A stretch of DNA of 63,898 nt, the filler included, from an uncultured Methanosarcinales archaeon (lineage in GTDB: Archaea; Nanobdellota; Nanobdellia; Woesearchaeales; JAGLXL01), in the NCBI GenBank assembly GCA_964472345.1. It is 4 parts of 4 records of this genome, joined end to end, with 100 filler letters (N's around TTAATTAATTAA, not from the genome) between each part and the next. Parts side by side here need not be neighbours in the genome. Positions count along the whole stretch, not along the records: positions 37,783 to 56,064 come from CAYYLB010000019.1; 3 more parts are not named here. The stretch is one strand, 5' to 3'. Under the pieces are notes generated by a model. The model did no database searches and was not told where the DNA came from. It saw only the letters and a list, made by a program, of their open reading frames with translations. The translations under genes and the position numbers were made by a program. Of the stretch, positions 39,558 through 49,868 are shown piece after piece. Position 1 is the first letter of the stretch. The number at the start of each line of letters is the position of its first letter.

Positions 39558-39949
39558 GCCTGGTGTTTGATACGGCAGTACTGATTGATATAGAAAACCG
39601 TGAGCCACGCACGCTTGCAAAGCTTAAGGAACTGGTGGTGTTGTATCCTGGGCCTGGCCAAATAACATTTGTGACCTATTTTGAATTCTTGTTTGGGCTG
39701 AAAGAGAAGTCTCCCAAGAACAAGGAGCGTGCGCTTGCATTCCTCAACCATTTTGAATGCGTGCAGACAACCAAGATGACGGCACAGGTTCTCGCTGGGT
39801 TAAAGCACAACTGCGAACGTGCGGGCAAAAGCCTTCCGTTGGCTGATCTCCTCATTGCGGCGCAGGTCATAGAAAATGGGGGGATTCTTGTCACCCGTGA
39901 TACTGATTTTGAGCGTATCAGAGAGCTCAGAAAGATTGTCTTGCATTAA
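39554..39949 (+). CDS. vapC: VapC PIN toxin
   Basis: FDTAVLID, YFE, ADLLIAA, VTRDTDF. Confidence 0.92.
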   Translation: MSLVFDTAVLIDIENREPRTLAKLKELVVLYPGPGQITFVTYFEFLFGLKEKSPKNKERALAFLNHFECVQTTKMTAQVLAGLKHNCERAGKSLPLADLLIAAQVIENGGILVTRDTDFERIRELRKIVLH

Positions 39950-40034
39950 AAATGGTAATCAAGAAGCTGATAAGGCACAATGGTTTATCTGAAGCCCTCT
40001 ATGAGGTGATATCTCCCATCGGACAAGGAGCCGC

Positions 40035-40499
40035 ATGATCGTGCCCGTCAGCCAAAAAACCACGCCGTCAATGCCATCCCGCGCGAAGCGCCCCCTCATC
40101 GGCGTCGGCGTCATCATCCTGCGCAAAGGCAAGGTGCTGCTCGGCCTGCGCAGGGGTTCGCACGGCGCCGGAACATGGAGCTTCCCCGGCGGCCATCTTG
40201 AGTTCGGTGAGTCCATCGAGGAATGCGCGCAACGTGAAGCTTTCGAGGAAACCGGGCTGCGCATCACGGGCATCCGCTTCGGGCCGTACACCAACGACGT
40301 TTTTCCCGGGGAAGGAAAGAATGAAGGAAAGCACTATGTGACGCTCTTCGTCGTTGCCGATGCCCCTTCCGGCGAGCCTGAGGTGCGCGAGCCTGACAGG
40401 ACCGGGCGCTGGGAGTGGTTTTCCTGGGATGCGCTGCCGCAGCCGCTGTTCCTGCCGGTCAGGCATCTGCTGGAGCAGGGCTACTCGCCATTCAGATGA
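40035..40499 (+). CDS. NUDIX hydrolase (MutT/NUDT15-like)
   Basis: FPGGHLEFGESIEECAQREAFEETG. Confidence 0.92.
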   Translation: MIVPVSQKTTPSMPSRAKRPLIGVGVIILRKGKVLLGLRRGSHGAGTWSFPGGHLEFGESIEECAQREAFEETGLRITGIRFGPYTNDVFPGEGKNEGKHYVTLFVVADAPSGEPEVREPDRTGRWEWFSWDALPQPLFLPVRHLLEQGYSPFR

Positions 40500-40975
40500 A
40501 CCCTTTCAAGGCCATAACGCACGCACTTGACACCGCGGGCATCCCGTACCGCATCCGCGAGCATGCTCCCGTCCGCACGAGCGGGGAAGCGGCCATCGCG
40601 CGCGGCTACACGCAAGAGGAAGGCATGAGACGCGGCGCAAAGGCGATGATCATCCGGAGCGAAGGGCGTTTTTACCAGTTTGTGCTGCCGGGAAACAGGA
40701 AGCTTGACTTCAGGCGGATCAAGGCGCTGCTGGGGACGGAGAGCGCCAGCCTCGCAACCGCAGAAGAAGTTGAGAAAGCGATCGGCTGCACACCGGGAGC
40801 GGTGCCGCCGTTCGGGAGCTTGTTTGGCATCCCCACCTACGTCGACCCCGCATTGCTCGAAAATGGGGAGATCGACTTCAACGCCGGGAAGCATACCGTG
40901 AGCATCACGATGAGGACGGCCGATTGGAGAAAGGCGGTGAAGCCGGACGCAGCTCAATTTGTGCAAAAAGAATAA
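40496..40975 (+). CDS. YbaK/ProX aminoacyl-tRNA editing protein
   Basis: GAKAMI, GAVPPFG, FNAGKH. Confidence 0.9.
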   Translation: MNPFKAITHALDTAGIPYRIREHAPVRTSGEAAIARGYTQEEGMRRGAKAMIIRSEGRFYQFVLPGNRKLDFRRIKALLGTESASLATAEEVEKAIGCTPGAVPPFGSLFGIPTYVDPALLENGEIDFNAGKHTVSITMRTADWRKAVKPDAAQFVQKE

Positions 40976-41000
40976 ATAACAGGGAAGACTTCAGCGCCCT

Positions 41001-42074
41001 ATGGGAAGCCTGTTCACCACTATGCTCAAGGAGGGCGAATCCCTGTTCCGCGACACGGTGCCGCTTGATTTTGACTATATCCCCAAAGTCCTGAAGTACC
41101 GTGAAGCGCCGCAGCGCCAGTTCGCCTCCGCCATCAGGCCGCTGCTCGCAGACCGCTCCGGCAGGAACCTCTTCGTGCACGGCGCGCCGGGCGTCGGCAA
41201 GACCGTCGCGTGCAGGCACGTGCTGAAGGAGCTTGAAGAGGAGACTGATGCGGTCATTCCGTTCTACATCAACTGCTGGAAGCACAACACTCCCTACAAG
41301 ATGCTCCTTGAGATGTGCAGCCAGCTCGGCATCCGCCTGATCACCAGCCAGAAGACGCCGGAGCTTTTCGACAAGGTCAAGGCCGTCGTGAACAGGAAGA
41401 AAGCCGTCTTTGTCTTCGATGAGATCGACAAGGCAGATGTTGTTGATGCGCTCTACATGGTCCTTGAGGACATCTACAAGAAAAGCATCTTCCTCATCAC
41501 CAACTACCGCAGCAAGGTGCAGGAGATGGATGAGCGCATCGCCTCGCGCCTCAACCCCGAATTGGTGGAGTTCCTGCCGTACAACGCGCAGGAGACCCGC
41601 GGCATCCTCGAGGAGCGCATGCACTATGCCTTCGTTCCCGATGTGTGGGACGCGGATGCATTCACGCTCGTCGCGGAGCACGCTGCAAAGGCAGGCGACA
41701 TCCGCCAGGGCCTCTTCCTCATGCGCGAATCCGGCACGCTCGCGGAGGAAAAAGCATCCCGCAGGATCACGGGCGAGCACGTGCGCGCCGCAATCAGCAA
41801 GGTGACTCAGTTCACCGTGAATGCGTACGCCTCACTGGACGACGAGCTGAAATCAATCCTCGCGCTGGTGAATGCGCACCGCGGCCTGAAGATGGGCGAG
41901 CTCTTCCAGGAATACCTCGCAAAGGGCGGCACGATGTCCTACCGCAGCTTCACCCGCAAGATCGAGCAGCTCGAGAAAGGCCGCTTTGTTGCGACGGAGC
42001 GCACCGCCGGCGGCAGGGAAGGCAACAGCACCATCGTGCGTATGTTCGGCGAGAAGAAGCTGACGGAGTTCTAG
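41001..42074 (+). CDS. cdc6: Orc1/Cdc6 AAA+ protein
   Basis: GAPGVGKT, YINCW, VFDEID, FLPYN, GDIR, C-terminal winged helix. Confidence 0.92.
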   Translation: MGSLFTTMLKEGESLFRDTVPLDFDYIPKVLKYREAPQRQFASAIRPLLADRSGRNLFVHGAPGVGKTVACRHVLKELEEETDAVIPFYINCWKHNTPYKMLLEMCSQLGIRLITSQKTPELFDKVKAVVNRKKAVFVFDEIDKADVVDALYMVLEDIYKKSIFLITNYRSKVQEMDERIASRLNPELVEFLPYNAQETRGILEERMHYAFVPDVWDADAFTLVAEHAAKAGDIRQGLFLMRESGTLAEEKASRRITGEHVRAAISKVTQFTVNAYASLDDELKSILALVNAHRGLKMGELFQEYLAKGGTMSYRSFTRKIEQLEKGRFVATERTAGGREGNSTIVRMFGEKKLTEF

Positions 42075-42093
42075 GCCTTCCGCGCGTTGAGCG

Positions 42094-42615
42094 TCAGCGC
42101 CGCGGTGAGCCTCGCTTCTTTTTCTTTTTCCCCCTGCGCTTCCGGCCAGTGTCATCGTACGGATCCGGCAGCAATCCCGCAGCGCGCTCATTCTGCAGCG
42201 CAATCTGGTGCGCCTGCCAATACGGCACTCCCATGCGCATCTGCTGATACTCAGTGATTTCATGGATCACGGTGCTCTGGAAGTAGCTCCTGGAGACCCG
42301 CTGCCCTTTGCTGCGCACCCTGCAGCCGCAATGGCCGCCCTCCCACGCGCTCTCATGGTAATGGTGCGTGCTCACCCAGATCTCGCTGTGGGGGATGAAC
42401 TCATGCACATAGCCATGCCCCCCATGGCCGAAGTAGGCGCAGAGGTTGTTCCGGAGCCACCGCCCGTCAACCGCATAGACCCTGAAAAGCCCCTCTCTCC
42501 GCACAAGCCGCTTCCAGGGCCCCGAGAGGCGGAAGCGCTTGTCTTTCGCGTGCGCCCGGCCCTGGATGTCCCATTCGAGCACCGCCCAGAAAGGAGCGCG
42601 GGAATCATGTTTCAT
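42094..42615 (-). CDS. hypothetical protein with HExxE...AH motif
   Basis: VDGRWLR, GGHGYVHEFIP.SEIW, IHEITEYQQMRMGVPYWQAHQIA. Confidence 0.65.
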   Translation of the reverse strand: MKHDSRAPFWAVLEWDIQGRAHAKDKRFRLSGPWKRLVRREGLFRVYAVDGRWLRNNLCAYFGHGGHGYVHEFIPHSEIWVSTHHYHESAWEGGHCGCRVRSKGQRVSRSYFQSTVIHEITEYQQMRMGVPYWQAHQIALQNERAAGLLPDPYDDTGRKRRGKKKKKRGSPRR

Positions 42616-42847
42616 CGGAGAAAGGAAGCAGGCTGCGTTTAAAAACACTGCGTTTTCCACCGGTGTCTGCCGAGCGGAGACTCGGAAACCAATGGTTTCT
42701 GAGTTGCTAGAGTTCCGCGGGAACTCCAGCATGAGCGCAGATAGGGAACGGAGCGCAGCGTAGCGGAATGACCGTCGCGCCGAAAACTTTCCAAGAACAC
42801 CTCCCCATCGAAGCTTTTATAAAGGAGAATACCCTTCGGTGACGACG

Positions 42848-44281
42848 ATGAAAAAAATGAGGGGACTGCTCGCGGTGCTGGCGCTGCTGTTGCTGCTGCC
42901 GGGCGCTGCGGCGGTGACTTCTATTGCCGTTGAGCCTTTGAGCGACCATATTGTCTATGGGGAGCGTGCGCGCTTTAACGTGACGCTGACCAATCAGGAG
43001 AGCACGGTGCAGACCTATGAGATATTCTCGCCCCTCAGCGGCCTGAGCTGGAGCGTTCAGACGCGGCCGCTGCGCAACAGGATGGCGACGCTGAACCCCA
43101 ACATGTCCTTCTCGACCGAAGTGGTCGTTGAGCCGATCGAGCGCTTCCCGCCGGGCGTGCATGTGGTCAACCTTGATATCACCTCCTCGGCAGGGGAGAG
43201 CTATCGCAAGCCGCTGCAGGTGTATCTTGGGCCGACAACGCCGCAGGAATACCTGCCGTCCGTGCGGGTGAGTGTCGACCTGCAGGAGCGTGTTGATCCG
43301 CGGGAGCCCCAGTCCATCAGGCTCTTCCTCGAAAACCTCAATCCGCTTGACTTGACGGGCATGCTCGCGCGCGTGGTGAGCAGCGATCTCCCTGAGTTCA
43401 ATCTCGAGCAGACCGTCGATCTGCCTCCGGCCGGCAGGAAAGCGGTTGAGTTCACCGTGAAGCTGCCGGATCTGCAGCAGCCGAAGGAGTACCCGCTGTT
43501 CATCCAGCTCGAGCGCGGCGCCGAGATCATCAAGGTGATCCCCAGGAAGATTGAAGTTATTGCGCTGGAGCTGCCGTTTGCCGCCGCCGTGGATCGGGCG
43601 AGCGCGTTCCTTCAGGTGCAGCAGAGCATGCGCGTGACGAACCCGGGCAACGTGCGCACTGCGCAGAAGGTGACGCTGCCGGTCGGCGCGCTTGAGCAGT
43701 TCTTTGTCTCGGCGCAGCCCGGGGCGCGCGTCGTGAAGCAGGAAGGGCAGCGGCTGCTCGAGTGGGATGTCGAGCTCGCTCCCGGCGCGGATGCGCGCAT
43801 CGATGTTGTCACGAGCTACCGCGTGCCGTTTGTGCTCATGATCATCCTGCTGGCCGGCCTTGCCCTTTACGCGATTTTCCGCAATCCGCTGGCGCTTTCA
43901 AAAGCCGCTTCAAACGTCGAGCTGAAGGAAGGCGGCGTTTCGAGCATGAAGGTGACGATCGCGGTGAAAAACCTGAGGAATGGTGCGCTGCGCAACCTCG
44001 AAGTGCTCGACCGGCTGCCGGGGATCGCGGACATCACGAAAGACATCGAGATGGGCACGCTGAAGCCAAGCCAGATCCTGCGCGGAAAGCATGGCATCTA
44101 CATCATGTGGAAACTGAGCGAGCTCGACGGGAAAGAGGAGCGCATCATCCACTACAACATCAAGAGCAGGCTGAACATCATTGGAACGCTGCAGCTGCCG
44201 CGGGCGAAAGCGACGTTTGTCACGCACCGCGGGAAGAAGAAGGTTTCTTATTCGAATGTGTACCGCGTGACGACGGAATAA
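42848..44281 (+). CDS. membrane-anchored surface protein with Ig-like (DUF11-like) domains
   Basis: Signal peptide, beta-rich repeats, internal TM, C-terminal EVLDRLP..WKL..YNI domain. Confidence 0.8.
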   Translation: MKKMRGLLAVLALLLLLPGAAAVTSIAVEPLSDHIVYGERARFNVTLTNQESTVQTYEIFSPLSGLSWSVQTRPLRNRMATLNPNMSFSTEVVVEPIERFPPGVHVVNLDITSSAGESYRKPLQVYLGPTTPQEYLPSVRVSVDLQERVDPREPQSIRLFLENLNPLDLTGMLARVVSSDLPEFNLEQTVDLPPAGRKAVEFTVKLPDLQQPKEYPLFIQLERGAEIIKVIPRKIEVIALELPFAAAVDRASAFLQVQQSMRVTNPGNVRTAQKVTLPVGALEQFFVSAQPGARVVKQEGQRLLEWDVELAPGADARIDVVTSYRVPFVLMIILLAGLALYAIFRNPLALSKAASNVELKEGGVSSMKVTIAVKNLRNGALRNLEVLDRLPGIADITKDIEMGTLKPSQILRGKHGIYIMWKLSELDGKEERIIHYNIKSRLNIIGTLQLPRAKATFVTHRGKKKVSYSNVYRVTTE

Positions 44282-44343
44282 GGCTGTCACTGTAGGCCGC
44301 CCGCCGGTGGGATCCATGCAGTCATTCTCCAGAGCCGCGCAAA

Positions 44344-44371
44344 GCAGTCTCTTCGCAGCGCACCAACCCCC
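44344..44371. mobile_element. MITE family B, isolated end
   Basis: Reverse complement matches 14182-14209 at 27/28 nt. Confidence 0.75.
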
Positions 44372-44416
44372 GGCCCCAAGAAAGCATTATAAATACAGAA
44401 ATCATAAAGAACAAAA

Positions 44417-45451
44417 ATGGCAAAATCATCGAAGACGGTGCTCATTGTCGTCCTTGTCGCCATCATTCTCATCAGTGGAGCCTCATTAATAAAATTAAGA
44501 GATGATATAAGCAAACTGAAGGCGGCAGCCCAGCAGCTGGAGCTGAACTTCAGGGCGTTGAGGGAAAGCCACGAGCTGATGAAGAAAGAGAACCATGACC
44601 TGCAGGAGGAGAACAGGCGCGTCAAGGAAGATGCCGCGTTGACAAAGAAAGTGGTGGAAGGGGAGATTGGAAAGACGCAGCTCGAGATAGAAAAGACACT
44701 CGACCGCCTGAACGAGTTTGAGATAAAGGTGGACGACTCGATAGATTGGTTCCGGCAGAACACAAACGTCGCAAACATCAGTGCATACGAAACGATTAGG
44801 CAGGAGCTGGGGAAGTGTGTTAAGGTGAGGGGGAATTGCACGATAGACCTTGGATGTATCAATAATGTCAACCAGCAGAATTATTTTGAGTACTCGTCCG
44901 ACGACCGCTCGACAGGCAGGAAGGACTATCTCAAGAACCTTAGCATGATCTACGGCCAGAAAGGAGGCGACTGCGAGGACTTTTCACTTCTATTCCGGGC
45001 AGAATATGATTACCTTGTGGACACCTGCCTGCAGAACGTCACGCGTGAAAAGATAGTGCCCTTCACCGGCGATGAGAAGATACCCGGCACATATATGTAT
45101 ATCGTCTGCGGCTCTTTCGATCCGGGCGGCGTGGTGGAGAACTGGGGCGGTCATTGCCTCGTTGCCCTCACGGCAGAGCCGATTCTGTCCTCATTGGATA
45201 TCTATAAGAAAATACGGAAAAGCACCCTTGTCGAGCCGCAGAACGGAGAGTTTGTTGCAGATATGTCAAATACCAACGTCACAAAAATCTTTGATAACGG
45301 CATGCCCCCCGACACTCTCCACCATCTCTCTATGGTAATCACCAACGACGACCTCATCATATTCAACGCATTCGGCGAGATGGTGGAGTGGGAGGGCTAT
45401 CATGATTTTCTCGATGACATCGGGCAGCTGAAAGGGGGAGTGGAGAAATGA
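44417..45451 (+). CDS. membrane-anchored coiled-coil protein with transglutaminase-like Cys domain
   Basis: TM, coiled coil, GGDCEDFS, GGHC, VEPQ. Confidence 0.75.
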   Translation: MAKSSKTVLIVVLVAIILISGASLIKLRDDISKLKAAAQQLELNFRALRESHELMKKENHDLQEENRRVKEDAALTKKVVEGEIGKTQLEIEKTLDRLNEFEIKVDDSIDWFRQNTNVANISAYETIRQELGKCVKVRGNCTIDLGCINNVNQQNYFEYSSDDRSTGRKDYLKNLSMIYGQKGGDCEDFSLLFRAEYDYLVDTCLQNVTREKIVPFTGDEKIPGTYMYIVCGSFDPGGVVENWGGHCLVALTAEPILSSLDIYKKIRKSTLVEPQNGEFVADMSNTNVTKIFDNGMPPDTLHHLSMVITNDDLIIFNAFGEMVEWEGYHDFLDDIGQLKGGVEK

Positions 45452-46593
45452 AAAAAGTACTTCTCGTCATTCTCCTGTTGGGCATTATCCTCGCTGGCTG
45501 TCAGCAGGATAAGGGTGCATCCTGCCCCCCACCGATGATCAGCGTAGGCGGCGAGTGTTGCCCCGACGTGAATAATAACACAATCTGCGATAGCCTGGAG
45601 CATGGAGGAGATGAAGCTGAAGATGAAGCCGAAGAGCCTGCAGAACCCTCCGTAAGTCTGCCAGACGAAAGCAGTAACGAGATCCTGCCTTTCACCGTGA
45701 ATCTCACTATCCTCGAAGAAGGGATAAACAAGACATATTATCCTCTCAAGCGGTATCACTTTGATGATGCAAATAGAGAGAACGTCACCGGCATCGAGAG
45801 CACATTTGACGTACGGGAATCGGCGATGCTCAACATCCTCCGGGTGAAGAAAGAGTACAACTACCTGAACAGCAGGGCTAATTTCTCCGATTTCGTGAAG
45901 AGGAGATATGATCTCAAGGTAAAAAATGATGATATAGAGGCAAATTCATGGATTGACTACCAGCAGCTGAAGGAGGAGGAGTGGGCGGATGCGAACTACT
46001 CCTATGAGCACCGGTTGGAGGGGATAGGGATAGCGGGCGACGAGGGTTTTATTGAGACGCACATTCTGATGTTTCAAAGGGCTGGCCAGCTCCTTGATGC
46101 CACCCTTGAGTACAAGATAACTCTCTTCTGCACACCCGAGCTTGTTGTTGAGGTGTATCCTTCCGAGCACTGGGAAGCGTACTACACCACCGGGAGCCCT
46201 GTCGAAACGAACAGGAAGGAAGTCACGCGGCTGATGGCTGAAGAGAAGGGTAGCATGGTGAAGAATGCGGAGAAGGTTCTGAAGGTATGCAAAGGCTCGC
46301 CGGAAGAGTTCACACTCAAGCCGAGAGAGGTTATCTTTTATGGCGTCGACGGCTTTTATCCGCATGACGTGCGCGTGGCCGCAGGGCAGAACCTGACAAT
46401 CTATAACGAAAATCTGAAGCTCACATCCATCAGAGTGTATTTTACATTTGTGAGGGAAACGCCAAGAAAGGTCTTTAACAGCAAGTTTGTCGAGCATGGA
46501 AAGGCCATTAACATTGAGATGGAAGAACCGGGCAACTACACCTATTTTGCGTTCGGCTACAATCCCCGAGCAACGGTTATCGTCGAGCCATAG
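45448..46593 (+). CDS. lipoprotein-like exported protein with C-terminal cupredoxin-like fold
   Basis: LAGC lipobox, CCPDVNNNTICD, GFYP..V..G..PGNYTYF. Confidence 0.7.
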   Translation: MKKVLLVILLLGIILAGCQQDKGASCPPPMISVGGECCPDVNNNTICDSLEHGGDEAEDEAEEPAEPSVSLPDESSNEILPFTVNLTILEEGINKTYYPLKRYHFDDANRENVTGIESTFDVRESAMLNILRVKKEYNYLNSRANFSDFVKRRYDLKVKNDDIEANSWIDYQQLKEEEWADANYSYEHRLEGIGIAGDEGFIETHILMFQRAGQLLDATLEYKITLFCTPELVVEVYPSEHWEAYYTTGSPVETNRKEVTRLMAEEKGSMVKNAEKVLKVCKGSPEEFTLKPREVIFYGVDGFYPHDVRVAAGQNLTIYNENLKLTSIRVYFTFVRETPRKVFNSKFVEHGKAINIEMEEPGNYTYFAFGYNPRATVIVEP

Positions 46594-46747
46594 CGCCCGC
46601 GCTGCTTTACGCTCTATCGATCCGCACTCATCACATTGATCGCTATGTAACCTAGGATATGTAACCGGCTCACCTCTGCCGCACAATTTCGAACCAACCC
46701 CATGCAAAGCACATCATTTATAAACACGGAGAGAATGAAACGGCCTG

Positions 46748-47605
46748 ATGCCACGCACGGAAACAAACCCTCACGCGCTTGACATTGGCGGACAGGCAGT
46801 GATCGAAGGGGTGCTCATGAAGAGCAGGCAGAAGCTCGCGATTGCGGTCCGCCTGGACGATGGGGGCATCCGCGTGAGAAGGGAGGCCATCCGGCGCCTG
46901 CCGAAGCTCCTGCGGCTCCCTCTCGTGCGGGGCGTCGCGACGCTGTTCTTCATCCTCATCCTCGGGATCAAGGCGCTGGTCTGGAGCGCCAACCAGTCGC
47001 TCAGGAAAGAGGAGGAGCTCTCCACGCTCGAGCTCGCCGTCACGCTGTTCACCTCCCTCATCGTCGCGACGGTCGTCTTTGTCGGCGTTCCTTTTGCCGT
47101 CACGAAGCTTATCCGGCTCACCGGCTTCTGGTTTAATGCCGTGGAGGGAGCGATCCGCCTCGCGCTCTTTGTCGGGTATGTCGCCGCAATCTCGCTCATG
47201 AAGGACGTACGGCGGCTCTTCCAGTACCACGGCGCCGAGCACATGGCCGTGAACTGCTATGAGTTCAGCGAGCCGCTGACGGTGAAGAATGTCGCGAAGC
47301 ACAGCACGATCCATCCCCGCTGCGGCACGAGCTTCATCGTGCTGGTGCTGCTCATCACGATTGTCCTGTACTCATTCATCTCCACCGAGGTCTGGTACGC
47401 GAAGCTCCTCTGGCGCATCGCGCTGATTCCCGTGGTCGCGGGCCTCTCGTATGAAGTGCTTCGCTTGGGCGGCAAGTTCCGCGGCAGCAGGCTGATGATG
47501 GCGCTGGTTGCGCCCGGCATGTGGGTGCAGCGCATCACGACACAGAAGCCTGACAAGAAGATGATCGAGGTGGCGATAAAGGCGCTGAAGGCGGTGATAG
47601 GGTAA
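46748..47605 (+). CDS. DUF1385 membrane protein
   Basis: IGGQAVIEGV, FQYHGAEH, HPRCGTSF, QRITT. Confidence 0.93.
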   Translation: MPRTETNPHALDIGGQAVIEGVLMKSRQKLAIAVRLDDGGIRVRREAIRRLPKLLRLPLVRGVATLFFILILGIKALVWSANQSLRKEEELSTLELAVTLFTSLIVATVVFVGVPFAVTKLIRLTGFWFNAVEGAIRLALFVGYVAAISLMKDVRRLFQYHGAEHMAVNCYEFSEPLTVKNVAKHSTIHPRCGTSFIVLVLLITIVLYSFISTEVWYAKLLWRIALIPVVAGLSYEVLRLGGKFRGSRLMMALVAPGMWVQRITTQKPDKKMIEVAIKALKAVIG

Positions 47606-47615
47606 CAGCAGGCCT

Positions 47616-48350
47616 TCACTCCTTCGCGTGGTCCCAGAGAAACCGGAAGAACTGGAGGTAGGTGTCCGCAAGTGCGGGGTTCTCAATGACAATAGCCATA
47701 AAGTGGTCCTTCACCGGCAGCAGGTTGACGACGAGGTTGCCCGCGATGACTACCATCCCGATCGTCCGGTACCTGCTGGGAAGGAAGCGAAGCTCGGTGA
47801 GAGGGTCTGACCACAGCAGGTGCTTTCTCCGGCGGGTGAACTCATAGTAGAGCAGCTTCTGCCGGATGCCGCGCCTCAGGCGCTCCTTGCTCCACATTGT
47901 GTGCCGGTGCTTCAGGTACTTGCGATTCAGCCCGGAGCCCCCAATTCCGTAAATCGTCGGCCCCTGATGAAGCAGCATCATATGCGCTTGGAGAACGCCT
48001 TCCGGCCCGAAAAAGTGGTAGACCTGCTGCTTCCCCTTCTGCACCTTGAACTCTTCGCGGAGCCGTGGCAAAGCCTGTGCAATAAGCTCCTCCTTCTCTT
48101 TCACCAGCTGCAGGAGCTGCTCCGGATCGGCTGGCTCATAGATATGCTTGTTGGAGCGGACAACGGTGGCGATGAGGCCTTTGTTGCGCAGCCGCTCGAG
48201 CGCGTCGTAGACGTTCACGCGGTGCACACCCGACGCCCTTGTGATCTCCTGCGCTGTCGCCGGGCCTAGCTTCAGCAGCGCGAGATAGACGCGGCCCTCG
48301 TTCTTCGTGAGGCCGCTCGCCAGCAGGGCTTCGTCGTGCAGGGAGTCCAT
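47616..48350 (-). CDS. TrmB-family transcriptional regulator
   Basis: GLTKNEGRVYLALL..VHRVNVYDALERL. Confidence 0.9.
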   Translation of the reverse strand: MDSLHDEALLASGLTKNEGRVYLALLKLGPATAQEITRASGVHRVNVYDALERLRNKGLIATVVRSNKHIYEPADPEQLLQLVKEKEELIAQALPRLREEFKVQKGKQQVYHFFGPEGVLQAHMMLLHQGPTIYGIGGSGLNRKYLKHRHTMWSKERLRRGIRQKLLYYEFTRRRKHLLWSDPLTELRFLPSRYRTIGMVVIAGNLVVNLLPVKDHFMAIVIENPALADTYLQFFRFLWDHAKE

Positions 48351-48447
48351 CCAAGCAGGTTATTGCATCTTTCTTAAATATCTTTTGCTGGTAGTAGTGT
48401 TTATTACTACAAATATTTAAATGCACGTTGCTGCTCCTAGCGAACTC

Positions 48448-49095
48448 ATGGCGGAGCAGGCCAGAGTTGCGCTCATTGGCTTGGAAGGGACATTGGTGAG
48501 AGTGGATGGCGCTTTGCCAATTGAGATTACTTACTCGGCAAAGCTTAGGGATCTTTCTGGTGGGATTCCTTATGGATGCCTGGCACCACAAAGAACGGCG
48601 GTAATCCCTGACCAGGCCTGTGTAGAGCTAGCAGAGGGGGCAGTTCAGCCGGTTCCCGGCGCTGAGGATTTCCTGCGAGAGTTGAGAGAGCGGGGCTACT
48701 CGGTTGCAGTTTACTCGTCACTGCCGGCCGCCGTCGCTCGGGTGATTGTTCAGCGTGCCGGGCTCGATGGCTCCGTGGAGCTCGTCCTTTCTACATTCGA
48801 CATGAATGGCCCGAGCGAGCCGAAGACCATCAAGACTCATCTCGGGTACACCACCGCTGATGCAACATGTTTTTTGAATACACAGCTTGTGGTTGAAGGG
48901 GGCCTTGATGAACTGATACGGGCATTCGGTGCACTGCACAGGGACGGCGTCACGTTCGCCCTCATTGGCTCAGCGAATCTTCCGCCACCATGGGTTCATG
49001 CGATACCATCACTTGTGGAATACCGCACTTTGTTAAATATAGAGGGGCGGCCAGATGATATACCCACGGGAAGCGGTAATCTTAAAGCGGCATAG
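48448..49095 (+). CDS. HAD-like protein with degenerate motif I
   Basis: LIGLEGTLV, PVPGAEDFLRELRERG.SVAVYSS. Confidence 0.6.
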   Translation: MAEQARVALIGLEGTLVRVDGALPIEITYSAKLRDLSGGIPYGCLAPQRTAVIPDQACVELAEGAVQPVPGAEDFLRELRERGYSVAVYSSLPAAVARVIVQRAGLDGSVELVLSTFDMNGPSEPKTIKTHLGYTTADATCFLNTQLVVEGGLDELIRAFGALHRDGVTFALIGSANLPPPWVHAIPSLVEYRTLLNIEGRPDDIPTGSGNLKAA

Positions 49096-49271
49096 CCGAA
49101 AGTAAAGATAGGTATAGAGAAATGCGTTGATTGGTGTAAAAAATAACGCATTTCTAATATGAATCTTTGCCTAAAAACTTAACTTATTAACGCAAAGATT
49201 CATACATTCTTTCCTTAGCGAGTCACCATAACAGGAAAACAAATAAACAGACTGCCTCGTCCTCTTGCTTT

Positions 49272-49865
49272 ATGGAAACAAAGGCACAAAGAGTGCTGCA
49301 CCGCATTGAGCGGCAGAGCACAGAATCGTTCCTTCCCATCATCGGCCCGGTGAAGGGCGCACTCCTTAGGAAGCTGGTTCAGGAACACAAGCCCAGGCGC
49401 ATCCTCGAGATAGGCCTGCTCGTGGGCTACAGCGCGATTCTTATGGCGGATGCGTACGGGGGCTGCACCGTGACGTCCCTCGAAGTCGATCCCGAAATCG
49501 CGGCCGTTGCGCGAAGGAACATCGCGGACGCCGGCGTCGGGGAGCGCGTTGCCATCATCGTCGGCGATGCGAAGGAAACGATTGCGGAGCTCCGAGACCC
49601 GTTCGATCTGGTCCTGCTCGACGCGGCGAAGGAGGAGTACCTCGCCTACCTGAAGCAGCTGGAGAAGCACCGCCTCCTCTCCGTGCGCTGCGTCATCGTC
49701 GCGGACAACACGAAGATGTTCCGGGACGCCCTCCAGGAGTATCTTGACTACGTCCGTGCGCACTACCTCAGCAGCGAGCACGATTTCGGACGCGACGCGA
49801 TGGAGGTTTCCGTCAGCAGGCACCGAGGACCAGGCCGCTCTGCCAAGACACCCACATTTTCTTAG
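49272..49865 (+). CDS. class I SAM O-methyltransferase
   Basis: ILEIGLLVGYSAI, FDLVLLDAAKEEY, IVADN. Confidence 0.92.
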   Translation: METKAQRVLHRIERQSTESFLPIIGPVKGALLRKLVQEHKPRRILEIGLLVGYSAILMADAYGGCTVTSLEVDPEIAAVARRNIADAGVGERVAIIVGDAKETIAELRDPFDLVLLDAAKEEYLAYLKQLEKHRLLSVRCVIVADNTKMFRDALQEYLDYVRAHYLSSEHDFGRDAMEVSVSRHRGPGRSAKTPTFS

Positions 49866-49868
49866 AAG

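Noticed and set aside
40976..42840. Replication origin next to cdc6
   Set aside because: The upstream gap is only 25 bp, and I found no repeated ORB boxes or AT-rich unwinding element.
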